Origin: a virus
Taxonomy: Duplodnaviria; Caudoviricetes
Virus record (IMG/VR): IMGVR_UViG_3300032335_000224
Span: 1-33,578 of that record
Reading direction: 5' to 3' (one strand)
Length of the DNA: 33,578 bases
Notes under the pieces: model-generated
What the model was told of the DNA's origin: nothing
The model's database searches: none
What the model saw: only the letters and a program-made list of their open reading frames with translations
Made by a program: the position numbers and the translations under genes
Shown: in pieces, positions 8,990 to 17,877 of the stretch
Layout: each line of letters begins with the position of its first letter
How positions within the stretch are numbered: the stretch's first letter is position 1

Positions 8990-9010
8990 AATATTTTTAA
9001 ATAAATATTT

Positions 9011-9049
9011 ATAAGATGTATAAAATATGTATAAAAGGTGTATATTTGT
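9011..9049 (+). promoter_or_regulatory. Early promoter P1 (Bacteroidota -7 element TATATTTG at 9041-9048)
   Basis: Matches TAnnTTTG consensus; 34/39 identical to 30721-30759. Confidence 0.75.
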
Positions 9050-9068
9050 ATAACAAAACCAAAAAACT

Positions 9069-9215
9069 ATGAAAAAAGCATTTAAAATTTACAAGCAAGG
9101 AACTACACAAGATTGGGTTACAATCTTAATACCAAATCAAGTATTTACTAAAGAATTATTGCAATTTAAAATTGACAAGTATTTATCTTTAGGTTACCAA
9201 ATTGAAATGATATAA
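9069..9215 (+). CDS. 48-aa hypothetical protein
   Basis: MKKAFKIYKQG...; first ORF after promoter, TAATG coupling to next gene. Confidence 0.65.
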   Translation: MKKAFKIYKQGTTQDWVTILIPNQVFTKELLQFKIDKYLSLGYQIEMI

Positions 9216-9856
9216 TGAAAGTATTAATAGCTTGTGAGGAATCCCAAGCAGTAACAAAAGCCTTTAGGCAATTAGGTCACGAGGCTTATTCGTGCGACAT
9301 ACTGCCTTGTAGTGGCGGGCATAAAGAATGGCATTTGCAAGGGGATGTATTTAATTATACAAATCAAGATTGGGATTTGATGATAGCGCACCCGCCTTGT
9401 ACTTATCTTTCAGTAAGCGGGGCAAGGCATTTATATAACAAAGATAAAACGCCAAATATTGAAAGGTATAAAAACCAAGCAGAGGCTTTAAATTTTGTAC
9501 AAAGATTAATGGATCTTGATATTCCAAGAATTGCAATAGAAAACCCTATAAGCGTTATAAGCAGCCATATAAGAAAGCCCGATCAAATAATACAACCTTA
9601 TTGGTTTGGGGATTCTGCAAGTAAATCAACTTGTTTATGGCTTAAAAACTTACCTAAATTGATTCCTACAAATATGGTAGATAAGGGGGAATTTAAAGAT
9701 TGGATTGATAAAAAATCGGGCAAAGTTAAAAGACAAGCACTATGGTATTATGAGGCTTTACAACAAGCAAAGACCGCTGATGAACGCAGAACATTAAGAA
9801 GCAAAACTTTTAAAGGAATAGCCGAAGCAATGGCTACTCAATGGACTAATTTATAA
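9215..9856 (+). CDS. C5-cytosine DNA methyltransferase-like protein
   Basis: VLIACEES (atypical motif I), SCD, DLMIAHPPCT (catalytic PC), IENP. Confidence 0.75.
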   Translation: MKVLIACEESQAVTKAFRQLGHEAYSCDILPCSGGHKEWHLQGDVFNYTNQDWDLMIAHPPCTYLSVSGARHLYNKDKTPNIERYKNQAEALNFVQRLMDLDIPRIAIENPISVISSHIRKPDQIIQPYWFGDSASKSTCLWLKNLPKLIPTNMVDKGEFKDWIDKKSGKVKRQALWYYEALQQAKTADERRTLRSKTFKGIAEAMATQWTNL

Positions 9857-9873
9857 ACCAAAAACAAACCAAT

Positions 9874-10002
9874 ATGAACAAATTAAAAACCTTACAGGAA
9901 AAAAGAAACGAGCAATACAAAGCGGAAAGCCTAAGTGGTAAATGGTTCTGGTATATTATGGGCGCTGCTTTATTATTAACGGCTTTAATAGAAAATTTAT
10001 AA
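9874..10002 (+). CDS. 42-aa membrane peptide
   Basis: MNKLKT...WFWYIMGAALLLTALIENL; one hydrophobic segment. Confidence 0.6.
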   Translation: MNKLKTLQEKRNEQYKAESLSGKWFWYIMGAALLLTALIENL

Positions 10003-10003
10003 T

Positions 10004-10153
10004 ATGTCTTATTCAACTTGCTGCGGTGCGCACACTAATTTTGATGAAATAGATATTTGCCCAGATTGCTTAGAACATTGCGATTGGGAAGATGAGGACG
10101 AGGAGGAAGATACAGACGCTAAAATTGAACAAGAGAAACTAAACAAATTATAA
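10004..10153 (+). CDS. 49-aa Zn-ribbon-like protein with acidic tail
   Basis: STCCGA...ICPDCLEHC followed by EDEDEEED. Confidence 0.7.
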   Translation: MSYSTCCGAHTNFDEIDICPDCLEHCDWEDEDEEEDTDAKIEQEKLNKL

Positions 10154-10159
10154 ACGCAC

Positions 10160-10229
10160 GCCGCCTGAAGAATTTTTTAATATTAAAAAAACAAAGGTAG
10201 TAATTTGGGTAACTTTGGGCGGCATTTTT
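10160..10229 (+). other. Intergenic long-range stem with internal AT palindrome (structured RNA or terminator)
   Basis: GCCGCCTGAAG (10160-10170) pairs with CTTTGGGCGGC (10213-10223); encloses TTTTTTAATATTAAAAAA; followed by ATTTTT. Confidence 0.55.
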
Positions 10230-10240
10230 AAATCTATTTT

Positions 10241-10414
10241 ATGACAAAGAACAATTATTTAATGGGGCAAGAATATATGCTTCGTCTTGAAAATGAGCTA
10301 CTTATAGAAAGGATTGCAAAGATTGAAAAGGAATTAGGATTAAAAGAAAAGGAAATAAAAGAGTTAAGGATTCAATTAAAAATGATTAATTTAGCAATAG
10401 CAGACGTTTCTTAA
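10241..10414 (+). CDS. 57-aa coiled-coil protein
   Basis: LENELLIERIAKIEKELGLKEKEIKELRIQL. Confidence 0.6.
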   Translation: MTKNNYLMGQEYMLRLENELLIERIAKIEKELGLKEKEIKELRIQLKMINLAIADVS

Positions 10415-10424
10415 AACCTATAAT

Positions 10425-10547
10425 ATGAAACAATTTTTATTATCAATATTAGCTTCTTTTATCACATATAATATTGGATATTATTTCGGTATGAAAAAAG
10501 GAGCAGAAATAGCAAAAAAAGTTTATAGAAAAATATTTTTAAAATAA
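10425..10547 (+). CDS. 40-aa membrane peptide
   Basis: MKQFLLSILASFITYNIGYYFGMKKG...; flanked by 15-bp direct repeats. Confidence 0.55.
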   Translation: MKQFLLSILASFITYNIGYYFGMKKGAEIAKKVYRKIFLK

Positions 10548-10556
10548 ACCTATAAT

Positions 10557-10913
10557 ATGATAACTAACTTTGAGGAAATCACAAAGGAATTAACAGAGGA
10601 CGAAAAGAAACTTGTCCCTATAATAATAAAAGGCTTAAACACTAAGACCAAAGATAATCCTATCAAGGGTGCGGATATTGTAAATGCAATAAACGAAAAT
10701 AGGGACAGGTACGGCATCAAGCTATTTAGCGAACCAAGATTAAGGAAGATAATTAACTTTATTAGATCCGAAGGGATACTTCCTGTAATGGGTACGTCAA
10801 ACGGATATTATATAACAAGGGATCGATCTGAATTAGAAAGTCAAATTGAAAGCCTAACACAAAGAGCAGAGGCAATAATGTCAAGTGCTAACGGATTAAA
10901 AAAATTTTTATGA
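10557..10913 (+). CDS. Winged-helix DNA-binding protein
   Basis: PIKGADIV...EPRLRKIINFIRSEG..PVMGTSNGYY. Confidence 0.7.
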   Translation: MITNFEEITKELTEDEKKLVPIIIKGLNTKTKDNPIKGADIVNAINENRDRYGIKLFSEPRLRKIINFIRSEGILPVMGTSNGYYITRDRSELESQIESLTQRAEAIMSSANGLKKFL

Positions 10914-11173
10914 AAACTATAATGCAAGAACTTGTTGATATTATGAATCAAGATCAAGTATCATTTACTGAATGGTTCCAAGATAATTATCAAATTTTAA
11001 TTGAAAAAGAAAAAGAGCAGATAATAGAGGCATATGAAGATGGTAAACAAAATGGGATGGATAGTATTACAAATATTCATATGTATATTATTGGAGAAAA
11101 ATACTATAACCAAACCTACAACCAAGACAGGGAATTACCTAAAGATGTAAAAGATATGCTTAATAACTTATGA
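10910..11173 (+). CDS. Hypothetical phage protein (EKEQIIEAY...YYNQTY type)
   Basis: Coupled ORF; resembles 31284-31520. Confidence 0.7.
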   Translation: MKTIMQELVDIMNQDQVSFTEWFQDNYQILIEKEKEQIIEAYEDGKQNGMDSITNIHMYIIGEKYYNQTYNQDRELPKDVKDMLNNL

Positions 11174-11328
11174 AACAATTAACCGAACTTAGAGATTGGG
11201 TAGATCAGCAATGCAAGACAGGGCAACCCTTTACTTGCGCAGACGTATTAAATAAAATTGATGAAATGTTAGAATCAGATGATGATATTCAGGAACTTTT
11301 AGTAACTTCGGCTTATGAAATGGAATAA
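11170..11328 (+). CDS. 52-aa hypothetical protein
   Basis: MKQLTELRDWVDQQC...; ATGA overlap upstream, overlaps next gene. Confidence 0.6.
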   Translation: MKQLTELRDWVDQQCKTGQPFTCADVLNKIDEMLESDDDIQELLVTSAYEME

Positions 11329-11986
11329 CATTAGCGTTTGGCAATATCAGAATATTATAAAAACCCTTGCAAATAAGCAAGACGACGAAATAGAAAAGTC
11401 ATTTAAACTTATCGGCATTGTTTATAATATGACTGAAAACCAAGTAGATAGCTTAACCCAAGCGGAATACAAGGCAAAGCTAAAGGAATGCGATTTTCTA
11501 AATAGTTTGCCAGAAGGTAAACCTGTAAAGATCATAAAAGTAAACGGCAAAAGATACCGATTGATTTATGATGTTACAAGGATGCCATTCGGAAGGTATG
11601 TAGAAAGCAAAGCATTTGTGGGGGATATATACGGCAATCTGCATAAGTTAGGTGCTACAATGGTTATGCCACAGAAAAGAAATTGGCTTGGCTTATGGGT
11701 TGATGATAAGTACAACGCAGCAAAGCACGAAGATTATGCAGATGATATTTTACAAGCTAATTTTCAAGACGTTTATTTTTCGTTGGTTTTTTTTTATCAA
11801 GTATACAGAAATTGGATAGAAGTTACAAGGGATTATTTGGTGACCAAAATGAGGATGACGGGGCAGACGAAAGCCCAATGCAGCCAAGTGGTAACAGATT
11901 TATGCAGTATTTTGGATGGCATTATTCAGCCAAACTTATTGCCGACCACGAAAATATCAGAGTTGAGGAAGTTTATGACAGATTAA
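11315..11986 (+). CDS. Putative tail assembly chaperone (0-frame product, gpG-like)
   Basis: 223 aa ORF containing a T9 slippery run at 11787-11795 and an overlapping -1 ORF. Confidence 0.6.
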   Translation: MKWNNISVWQYQNIIKTLANKQDDEIEKSFKLIGIVYNMTENQVDSLTQAEYKAKLKECDFLNSLPEGKPVKIIKVNGKRYRLIYDVTRMPFGRYVESKAFVGDIYGNLHKLGATMVMPQKRNWLGLWVDDKYNAAKHEDYADDILQANFQDVYFSLVFFYQVYRNWIEVTRDYLVTKMRMTGQTKAQCSQVVTDLCSILDGIIQPNLLPTTKISELRKFMTD

Positions 11987-12063
11987 CAATAGAGGCTTTA
12001 AATACATTGTCTTATCTAAAAGCAAAGGCGGATTACGATCGGGAGTTACATAGGAGTTTATAG
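11788..12063 (+). CDS. -1 frameshift extension of tail assembly chaperone (gpGT-like)
   Basis: -1 frame open from the T run: FFLSSIQKLDRSYKGLFG...FGWHY...EALNTLSYLKAK; ends just before a terminator. Confidence 0.65.
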   Translation, partial: FFLSSIQKLDRSYKGLFGDQNEDDGADESPMQPSGNRFMQYFGWHYSAKLIADHENIRVEEVYDRLTIEALNTLSYLKAKADYDRELHRSL

Positions 12064-12074
12064 ATTTGTGGTTT

Positions 12075-12102
12075 ACCCCTGCCTATATGGTGGGGGTTTT
12101 TT
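12075..12102 (+). terminator. Intrinsic terminator
   Basis: ACCCCTGCC-TATAT-GGTGGGGGT then T run. Confidence 0.8.
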
Positions 12103-12105
12103 GTG

Positions 12106-12141
12106 CGGTATATTTAAGCCGTTTATCTATTTAAAGATATG
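12106..12141 (+). promoter_or_regulatory. Putative late promoter (tail operon)
   Basis: CGGTATA-N14-CTATTTAAAGATATG; last 15 nt identical to 17863-17877. Confidence 0.6.
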
Positions 12142-12807
12142 AGTATTAGTCAAGCACAGGCAAAGGCAATAGCAGATGGCTTTTTAAACACATTAGGGGA
12201 ACAAAAAACTGTTACTCCTGATATGCCTGTAATTGAAGCATTGCTTCTAAAATACGGCGCAGAATTTCAACAAGAGGCTATTGATAATTTGAATGCAAAC
12301 AAATCAATCGCATCTGGTAATATAGCGGATATTAGATTTCAGGTTACTAAATTTGGCACTACTTATACTTTGTCAATGGGTTACCCTAAAAGTGAGCCTG
12401 CTTCTAAATATTGGGATTTTGTCAATCAAGGGGTAAAAGGAACTAAAAACATAAAGGCAGACGGTAAAACGCCATACGCTTTTAAAAGCAATAAAAAGTC
12501 AATACCTGTATCAGTTGTAGAGGGATGGCTTAAATACAATAAACTTAAAACAGTTGCGGTAAAAAAATATAGCAAACTTGGAGTAGAATTAAAAGCAATT
12601 GATAGCAAAAAGAGTATAGCGGCGGCAGTAGCAAAGTCAATACATAGGAAAGGTTTAAGATCAACCAGGTATTTTGATAAAGCAAGGGATAGCGTATTTG
12701 GATCTGCTTTTCAAAAGATTATGAATGCAGCATTAGGATTTGACGTTGAAATAAAAATTACACAAATAGCAAACGATTTAAAAGATGGCAATAACAATAG
12801 AAAGTAG
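12139..12807 (+). CDS. Putative tail completion / neck protein
   Basis: ASGNIADI, YWDFVNQGVKG, AVAKSIHRKGLRSTRYF; HK97-gp10-like character. Confidence 0.5.
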   Translation: MSISQAQAKAIADGFLNTLGEQKTVTPDMPVIEALLLKYGAEFQQEAIDNLNANKSIASGNIADIRFQVTKFGTTYTLSMGYPKSEPASKYWDFVNQGVKGTKNIKADGKTPYAFKSNKKSIPVSVVEGWLKYNKLKTVAVKKYSKLGVELKAIDSKKSIAAAVAKSIHRKGLRSTRYFDKARDSVFGSAFQKIMNAALGFDVEIKITQIANDLKDGNNNRK

Positions 12808-14011
12808 TCCTGCAACTTATAGCAGTATGCATGATGACCTTTGGTTTGTAGCGAGTTCTACAAATGTAGGCGAAACTTCCTTTAAGTTTATTTATGATAT
12901 ATTCATAGATGGCGCACAAGTAAGCAGAACAAAGATATACCCAGCACCAAGCGCAGAAGGTAGCTATGGAATTTACAATTCAAGCCCTGTGGTTAGGGCT
13001 TATGTTCAAAACTACTTTGAGCCTTCGGGTAATTCAATCCTTGTGGCTACAAATGATAAGATTAAAGTTGATTATCAATACAGGGTAGGCGAGGAATACG
13101 TTGATGCTTCGGGATCAATTAGTAATTATAATTTAGCATCTGGTAATTTAAGTGCTTATAACTACTATCCGCCTTTATTTGCGGACATTCTATTTGTTAA
13201 TAATAACACGCCTTTAGTTTTATCTGATTACTACGATAATTTACTTTTAGAAAATTATACAGATGATTGGCTTACAGAAAGGGATACAGATAACATTGTC
13301 TTAGAATACGGCGACAACTTTTATGCAACCTATCTGAAAATAACTGCGGGATCTTACAATGCCTTTATAGATGTAATTAACGAAAGCGGTGCGGTTATTG
13401 ATACGGCAAGCGGAAGCGTAACGCTAACAGGACAGATGAATTTATTTAACCTACAAGCAGGGCATATTAATACTTTTGCAGGTAGAACATTAATAACAGA
13501 GAATACTTACGGCTACAATGTTTATTTAAAATTAGGTGTGGCGGAATCGCGTAAACTTAAATTCGTACAAAAGTGCTATCCTAAGTTTAAGCAATACAAT
13601 TTACACTTCCTTAATAGATTGGGCGGTTGGGATACTATGAAATTTGCATTGGTCAATAAAAGGTCAAGCGAATTTAAAAGGGCTTCATATAGGCGCAATG
13701 ATTGGCAATTGGTAGGCAATCAAATGAAAAATAATGATCCTTACAATAGATTCAATGAAACTACTTTAAACTATGCCATTCAGCATACAGATAAATACAA
13801 GCTGATAAGCGATTGGGTTAGCCAACAGGATTACGAATGGCTTGCGCAATTAGTAGCAAGTACTATTTGTTATATGGAGGTGCAAGGTGCATATTTCCCT
13901 GTAACAATAGCAGATACGAACTACGAGTATAAATTAGAAGTAAGCGATAGGCTCTTTAATTTTGAAATAGGAATCGAAGTTGGTAAATATACAAATAGTC
14001 AATTTAGATAA
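12785..14011 (+). CDS. Tail structural protein (distal-tail-like)
   Basis: Beta-rich; LHFLNRLGGWDT and SDWVSQQDYEWL motifs; position in tail block. Confidence 0.55.
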   Translation: MAITIESSPATYSSMHDDLWFVASSTNVGETSFKFIYDIFIDGAQVSRTKIYPAPSAEGSYGIYNSSPVVRAYVQNYFEPSGNSILVATNDKIKVDYQYRVGEEYVDASGSISNYNLASGNLSAYNYYPPLFADILFVNNNTPLVLSDYYDNLLLENYTDDWLTERDTDNIVLEYGDNFYATYLKITAGSYNAFIDVINESGAVIDTASGSVTLTGQMNLFNLQAGHINTFAGRTLITENTYGYNVYLKLGVAESRKLKFVQKCYPKFKQYNLHFLNRLGGWDTMKFALVNKRSSEFKRASYRRNDWQLVGNQMKNNDPYNRFNETTLNYAIQHTDKYKLISDWVSQQDYEWLAQLVASTICYMEVQGAYFPVTIADTNYEYKLEVSDRLFNFEIGIEVGKYTNSQFR

Positions 14012-16035
14012 TGATTAGTACAGAAATATACATAGAAGATTATAGACTTGATTTAGTACAAGATATAAGTACCGAGTTTACTTATACGATTGATGATATT
14101 ACTGACTTCGGTAGTAAAAACACAAATTATAGTAAAACAATATCCATAACGGGTACGGCTACAAACAATAAAATATTTGGCTTCATATTTGATTTAGCAA
14201 ATGCAAATGATACGGATAATAATTTACCGAATGTTAACTATAATTTTAATGCTTCAAAGCAAGCTAATTGTAAAATATTTATTGATAAAATCCAAATATT
14301 TAAAGGAACTTTAAGAATATTAGAAATTGTAATTGATGATAAAACGATTGAATATCAATGCTCTGTATTTGGTGAGTTAGGAGGATTTATAACTGCGTTA
14401 GGAAATAAAAGATTAACAGACTTGGATTTTAGCGCATATAATCACGTTTATAATTCAACTAATATAAAAGCAAGTTGGGATAATATAGCAGGGTCAGGAT
14501 ACTTTTACCCACTGATTGATTACGGGAATGTAAGCACTGATAAAATAAATTTTGAAGTTGAAGCATTTAGACCTGCTTTATATGTATCTGAATATATACA
14601 AAAGATATTTGAAGGCACGGATTATACTTATACATTAGATTTATTAGCAGGTGATCAGGAGCTATTTAATAGGCTTATAATCCCGCAGAATCAAAAGAGT
14701 TTTACCAAAACAACAAGTGATTTCCCTGTTGCTACAAGGACAACAAGTTTCGAGGTTTTAGGTACGGCTTTATATCCATTTACAACAGTTACAGGATCTG
14801 GATTAGTGCCAAGTTCAGGCAATAGAGTTTTCACTTATACAGGAAGTACAACTATTAATTTAAAAATAAACTATGCATTTTCAGGGGATTCAACTGATGG
14901 TATTTTCTTTATTTTAAAAAATGGAGTAAGTGTTTATTCAGAATTTTTTAGCGGAAGTTTTGGCGTATCGGGTGAGTTTACAATATCTATGAATGCTAAT
15001 GATGCAATTAGTTTTAGATTTACTAATGCAGCATCAGATAAAACCGATCCGCCTGTTACAATAACAGAAGGGGAAGTATCTTTTTTTTCTGATTCTATTG
15101 TGCCTGTTCTTGTAAATTATGGTGATAATATAATTATTGCAGACTCAATTCCTAAAGGTATTTATCAAAGGGACTTTTTCTTAAGCATTACTAAAATGTT
15201 TAACCTATATGTATATGAAGATACTTGGGATGAAAAAAAGATAATGATAAAACCATATATTAATTTTTACCCAGAAACAAGTGCAACGGCTTTAGATTGG
15301 TCCAATAAGATAGATAGGGCTAAGCCTTTGAGTATCAAGCCAATGAGTGAATTAAATGCAAGATATTTTCATTATAAATTTAAACAGGACAATGATTTTT
15401 ACAATGAGAATTATTTTAAAAAATACAATGAAAGCTACGGGGATAGGATTTTTGATACTGAATTTGATTTTAGTAAAGAAACTGACACGCTTGGTGTAAT
15501 ATTTGCTCCGAGTGTATTATACCAAAAGACAGGCACAGATAAAATTTACCCTGCCATTTATAAGGTATCTGATAATAACACAAAAGAAAATTCAATGGAT
15601 AGTGTTATTAGAATAATGCAAGCTAAAAAAATTACAGGCAGAACAAGTTGGAATTTATTAAACAATGCATCATTGATTGAATCGTTAACTACTTATGGTT
15701 ATGGAGGACATTTAAACGATCCATTTATACCTACAAATGATATTAACTTTGGTGCTGCAAATGAAATACAATTTAATGGCTCATTGCCATCAACAAATAT
15801 ATTTAATGCCTATCATAGTGAATATATTGCGGAAATAACAAGTAAAGATTCAAAGCTATTAACTTGTTCGGCTTTATTGGATACGATTGACATAATGAAC
15901 TTAGACTTTAGTAAGTTTTATTGGATTGACGGGGTATTATTTAGGCTGAATAAAGTAGACGGGTTTAACCCAATGGAATACAAGACAACAAAAATTAGTT
16001 TATTAAAGGTTATTGAAACAAAATATTTTTTATAA
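14011..16035 (+). CDS. Tail tip / baseplate hub-like protein
   Basis: YSKTISITGTATNNKIF, FKGTLRI, YPLIDYG, KMFNLY, LDWSNKID; 674 aa. Confidence 0.6.
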   Translation: MISTEIYIEDYRLDLVQDISTEFTYTIDDITDFGSKNTNYSKTISITGTATNNKIFGFIFDLANANDTDNNLPNVNYNFNASKQANCKIFIDKIQIFKGTLRILEIVIDDKTIEYQCSVFGELGGFITALGNKRLTDLDFSAYNHVYNSTNIKASWDNIAGSGYFYPLIDYGNVSTDKINFEVEAFRPALYVSEYIQKIFEGTDYTYTLDLLAGDQELFNRLIIPQNQKSFTKTTSDFPVATRTTSFEVLGTALYPFTTVTGSGLVPSSGNRVFTYTGSTTINLKINYAFSGDSTDGIFFILKNGVSVYSEFFSGSFGVSGEFTISMNANDAISFRFTNAASDKTDPPVTITEGEVSFFSDSIVPVLVNYGDNIIIADSIPKGIYQRDFFLSITKMFNLYVYEDTWDEKKIMIKPYINFYPETSATALDWSNKIDRAKPLSIKPMSELNARYFHYKFKQDNDFYNENYFKKYNESYGDRIFDTEFDFSKETDTLGVIFAPSVLYQKTGTDKIYPAIYKVSDNNTKENSMDSVIRIMQAKKITGRTSWNLLNNASLIESLTTYGYGGHLNDPFIPTNDINFGAANEIQFNGSLPSTNIFNAYHSEYIAEITSKDSKLLTCSALLDTIDIMNLDFSKFYWIDGVLFRLNKVDGFNPMEYKTTKISLLKVIETKYFL

Positions 16036-17840
16036 TGGCACAGAATTTAGATTTAAACATAAATGTCAATACGGATCAGGCAGCTAAATCGGTCGGATCA
16101 CTTAAAACTCAATTAAAGCAAGCACAGGCGGAAGTAACGGCATTATCAGATAAATTCGGTGCTACGTCTAAGGAAGCTATTGAGGCAGCAAAAAGGGCGG
16201 CAGAATTAAGGGATAGGATCGGGGATGCAAAAGCATTAACAGAAGCATTTAATCCAGATGCAAAATTTAAAGCATTAACGGCATCCTTATCTGGCGTTGC
16301 GGGTGGATTTGCGGCAGTACAAGGGGCAATGTCGTTATTCGGTACTGAATCGGAGGATGTTCAAAAAACTTTATTGAAAGTTCAATCTGCAATGGCTTTG
16401 TCGCAAGGTTTACAAGCAGTTGGGGAAAGCATTGATTCATTTAAACAATTAGGTGCAGTTATTAGAACACAAGTAGTTGCTGCATTTAGTACTTTAAGAG
16501 GCGCAATTATAGCAACAGGATATGGTGCATTAGTAGTTGGGATAGGTTTACTTATAGCAAACTTTGAAAAGGTAAAAGAAACTTTAAGTAATTTATTTCC
16601 AGGCTTGATTGAGTTTGGCAATCAAATTAAAAATATTGTTCAAGGAATTACTGATTTTGTTGGTATAACAAGTGAAGCAGCAAGGGCGCAAGATGATTTA
16701 AATTTAGCTTTAGAAACTTCAAATAAAGCAATAGATAATCAGATTAAAATTTTAGAAGCGCAAGGAGGCAAAGAGGAGGAAATATATAAGCAAAAAAGAG
16801 ATAGGATTAACAATCAAATTCAGTTAATCAAAGGTACAACGCAAGAGGAATTACAAGCCAGAGCTGATTTGAATACAGAGTTGCAAGTATTAGAAATAAA
16901 CGAAGCAAATAGAATTAAGAAAGCAAATGAAACTGCTGCTAAAGAAAGAGCAGATCGTATTAAAAAAGAGGAAGCAGAGGAAAAGGCAAGACTTGAAAAA
17001 GCCGAAGCAGATGCAAGGGCTTATGAGGAGTTTGATACTCAACTTCAACAAAGATTAATGCAGCTTGATGAGGAAAGGGCTGCGAAAAAAAGAGAATTAG
17101 ATTTTCAGGAAATACAAAATTTAATAACTGATTTAGATTATAAAAATGATTTATTAGATATTGATTTTGAGGAAGATCAACAAAGATTAGCTAATAAGGA
17201 AGCATATATTGCAGAACAAAAAGCAATAGAATTATCAAATTTAAACCTTACTGAAAAAGAAAGGATAGAAATTATTGCTAAATATGCAAAGCAAGAACAA
17301 GAAATTGATAAGGCAATAACTGATAGTAAAAAAGCAGAAAGGGAAGCACAAACTGCAATGGAATTGCAATATCTTGGATTTGCAGAACAAGCAGGTAATT
17401 TATTAATGCAGATAGCAGGTAAAAATAAATCAGTTGCAATAGCGGGATTATTAATTGAAAAAGGCGCAGCCATTGCTAAGATTATTACACAGATGAACAC
17501 TGTTCCTGCAATATTACCTCCAGGCATTCCTAACCCTGCTTTTATTCCTTCAAGAATAGGTGGTGCTTTATCTATTGCTTCTGTAATTGCTGCTTCTGCA
17601 CAAGGTATTCAGCAAATTAATCAAGCGGGTAGTGGTGGATCAGGCACAAGTTCTGTTCCTGCAATATCAACGCAAGCACCAATGGTTCCACAATTACCAA
17701 CGCCACAAACTACAAACATTAGCAGGGAATCAATTAATGATTTAGGCAATCAAGCAGTAAGGGCTTACGTTATTGAAACAGATGTAACAGGCAATCAGCA
17801 AAGAATGGCAGCCATAAGACAAAGGGCAAGATTTAGTTAA
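16035..17840 (+). CDS. Tape measure protein
   Basis: Ala/Gly-rich hydrophobic helices plus long charged coiled coil; C-terminal VRAYVIETDVT. Confidence 0.75.
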   Translation: MAQNLDLNINVNTDQAAKSVGSLKTQLKQAQAEVTALSDKFGATSKEAIEAAKRAAELRDRIGDAKALTEAFNPDAKFKALTASLSGVAGGFAAVQGAMSLFGTESEDVQKTLLKVQSAMALSQGLQAVGESIDSFKQLGAVIRTQVVAAFSTLRGAIIATGYGALVVGIGLLIANFEKVKETLSNLFPGLIEFGNQIKNIVQGITDFVGITSEAARAQDDLNLALETSNKAIDNQIKILEAQGGKEEEIYKQKRDRINNQIQLIKGTTQEELQARADLNTELQVLEINEANRIKKANETAAKERADRIKKEEAEEKARLEKAEADARAYEEFDTQLQQRLMQLDEERAAKKRELDFQEIQNLITDLDYKNDLLDIDFEEDQQRLANKEAYIAEQKAIELSNLNLTEKERIEIIAKYAKQEQEIDKAITDSKKAEREAQTAMELQYLGFAEQAGNLLMQIAGKNKSVAIAGLLIEKGAAIAKIITQMNTVPAILPPGIPNPAFIPSRIGGALSIASVIAASAQGIQQINQAGSGGSGTSSVPAISTQAPMVPQLPTPQTTNISRESINDLGNQAVRAYVIETDVTGNQQRMAAIRQRARFS

Positions 17841-17841
17841 A

Positions 17842-17877
17842 CGATAAATATTCACAAATAAACTATTTAAAGATATG
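17842..17877 (+). promoter_or_regulatory. Putative late promoter (head operon)
   Basis: CGATAAA-N14-CTATTTAAAGATATG. Confidence 0.6.
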
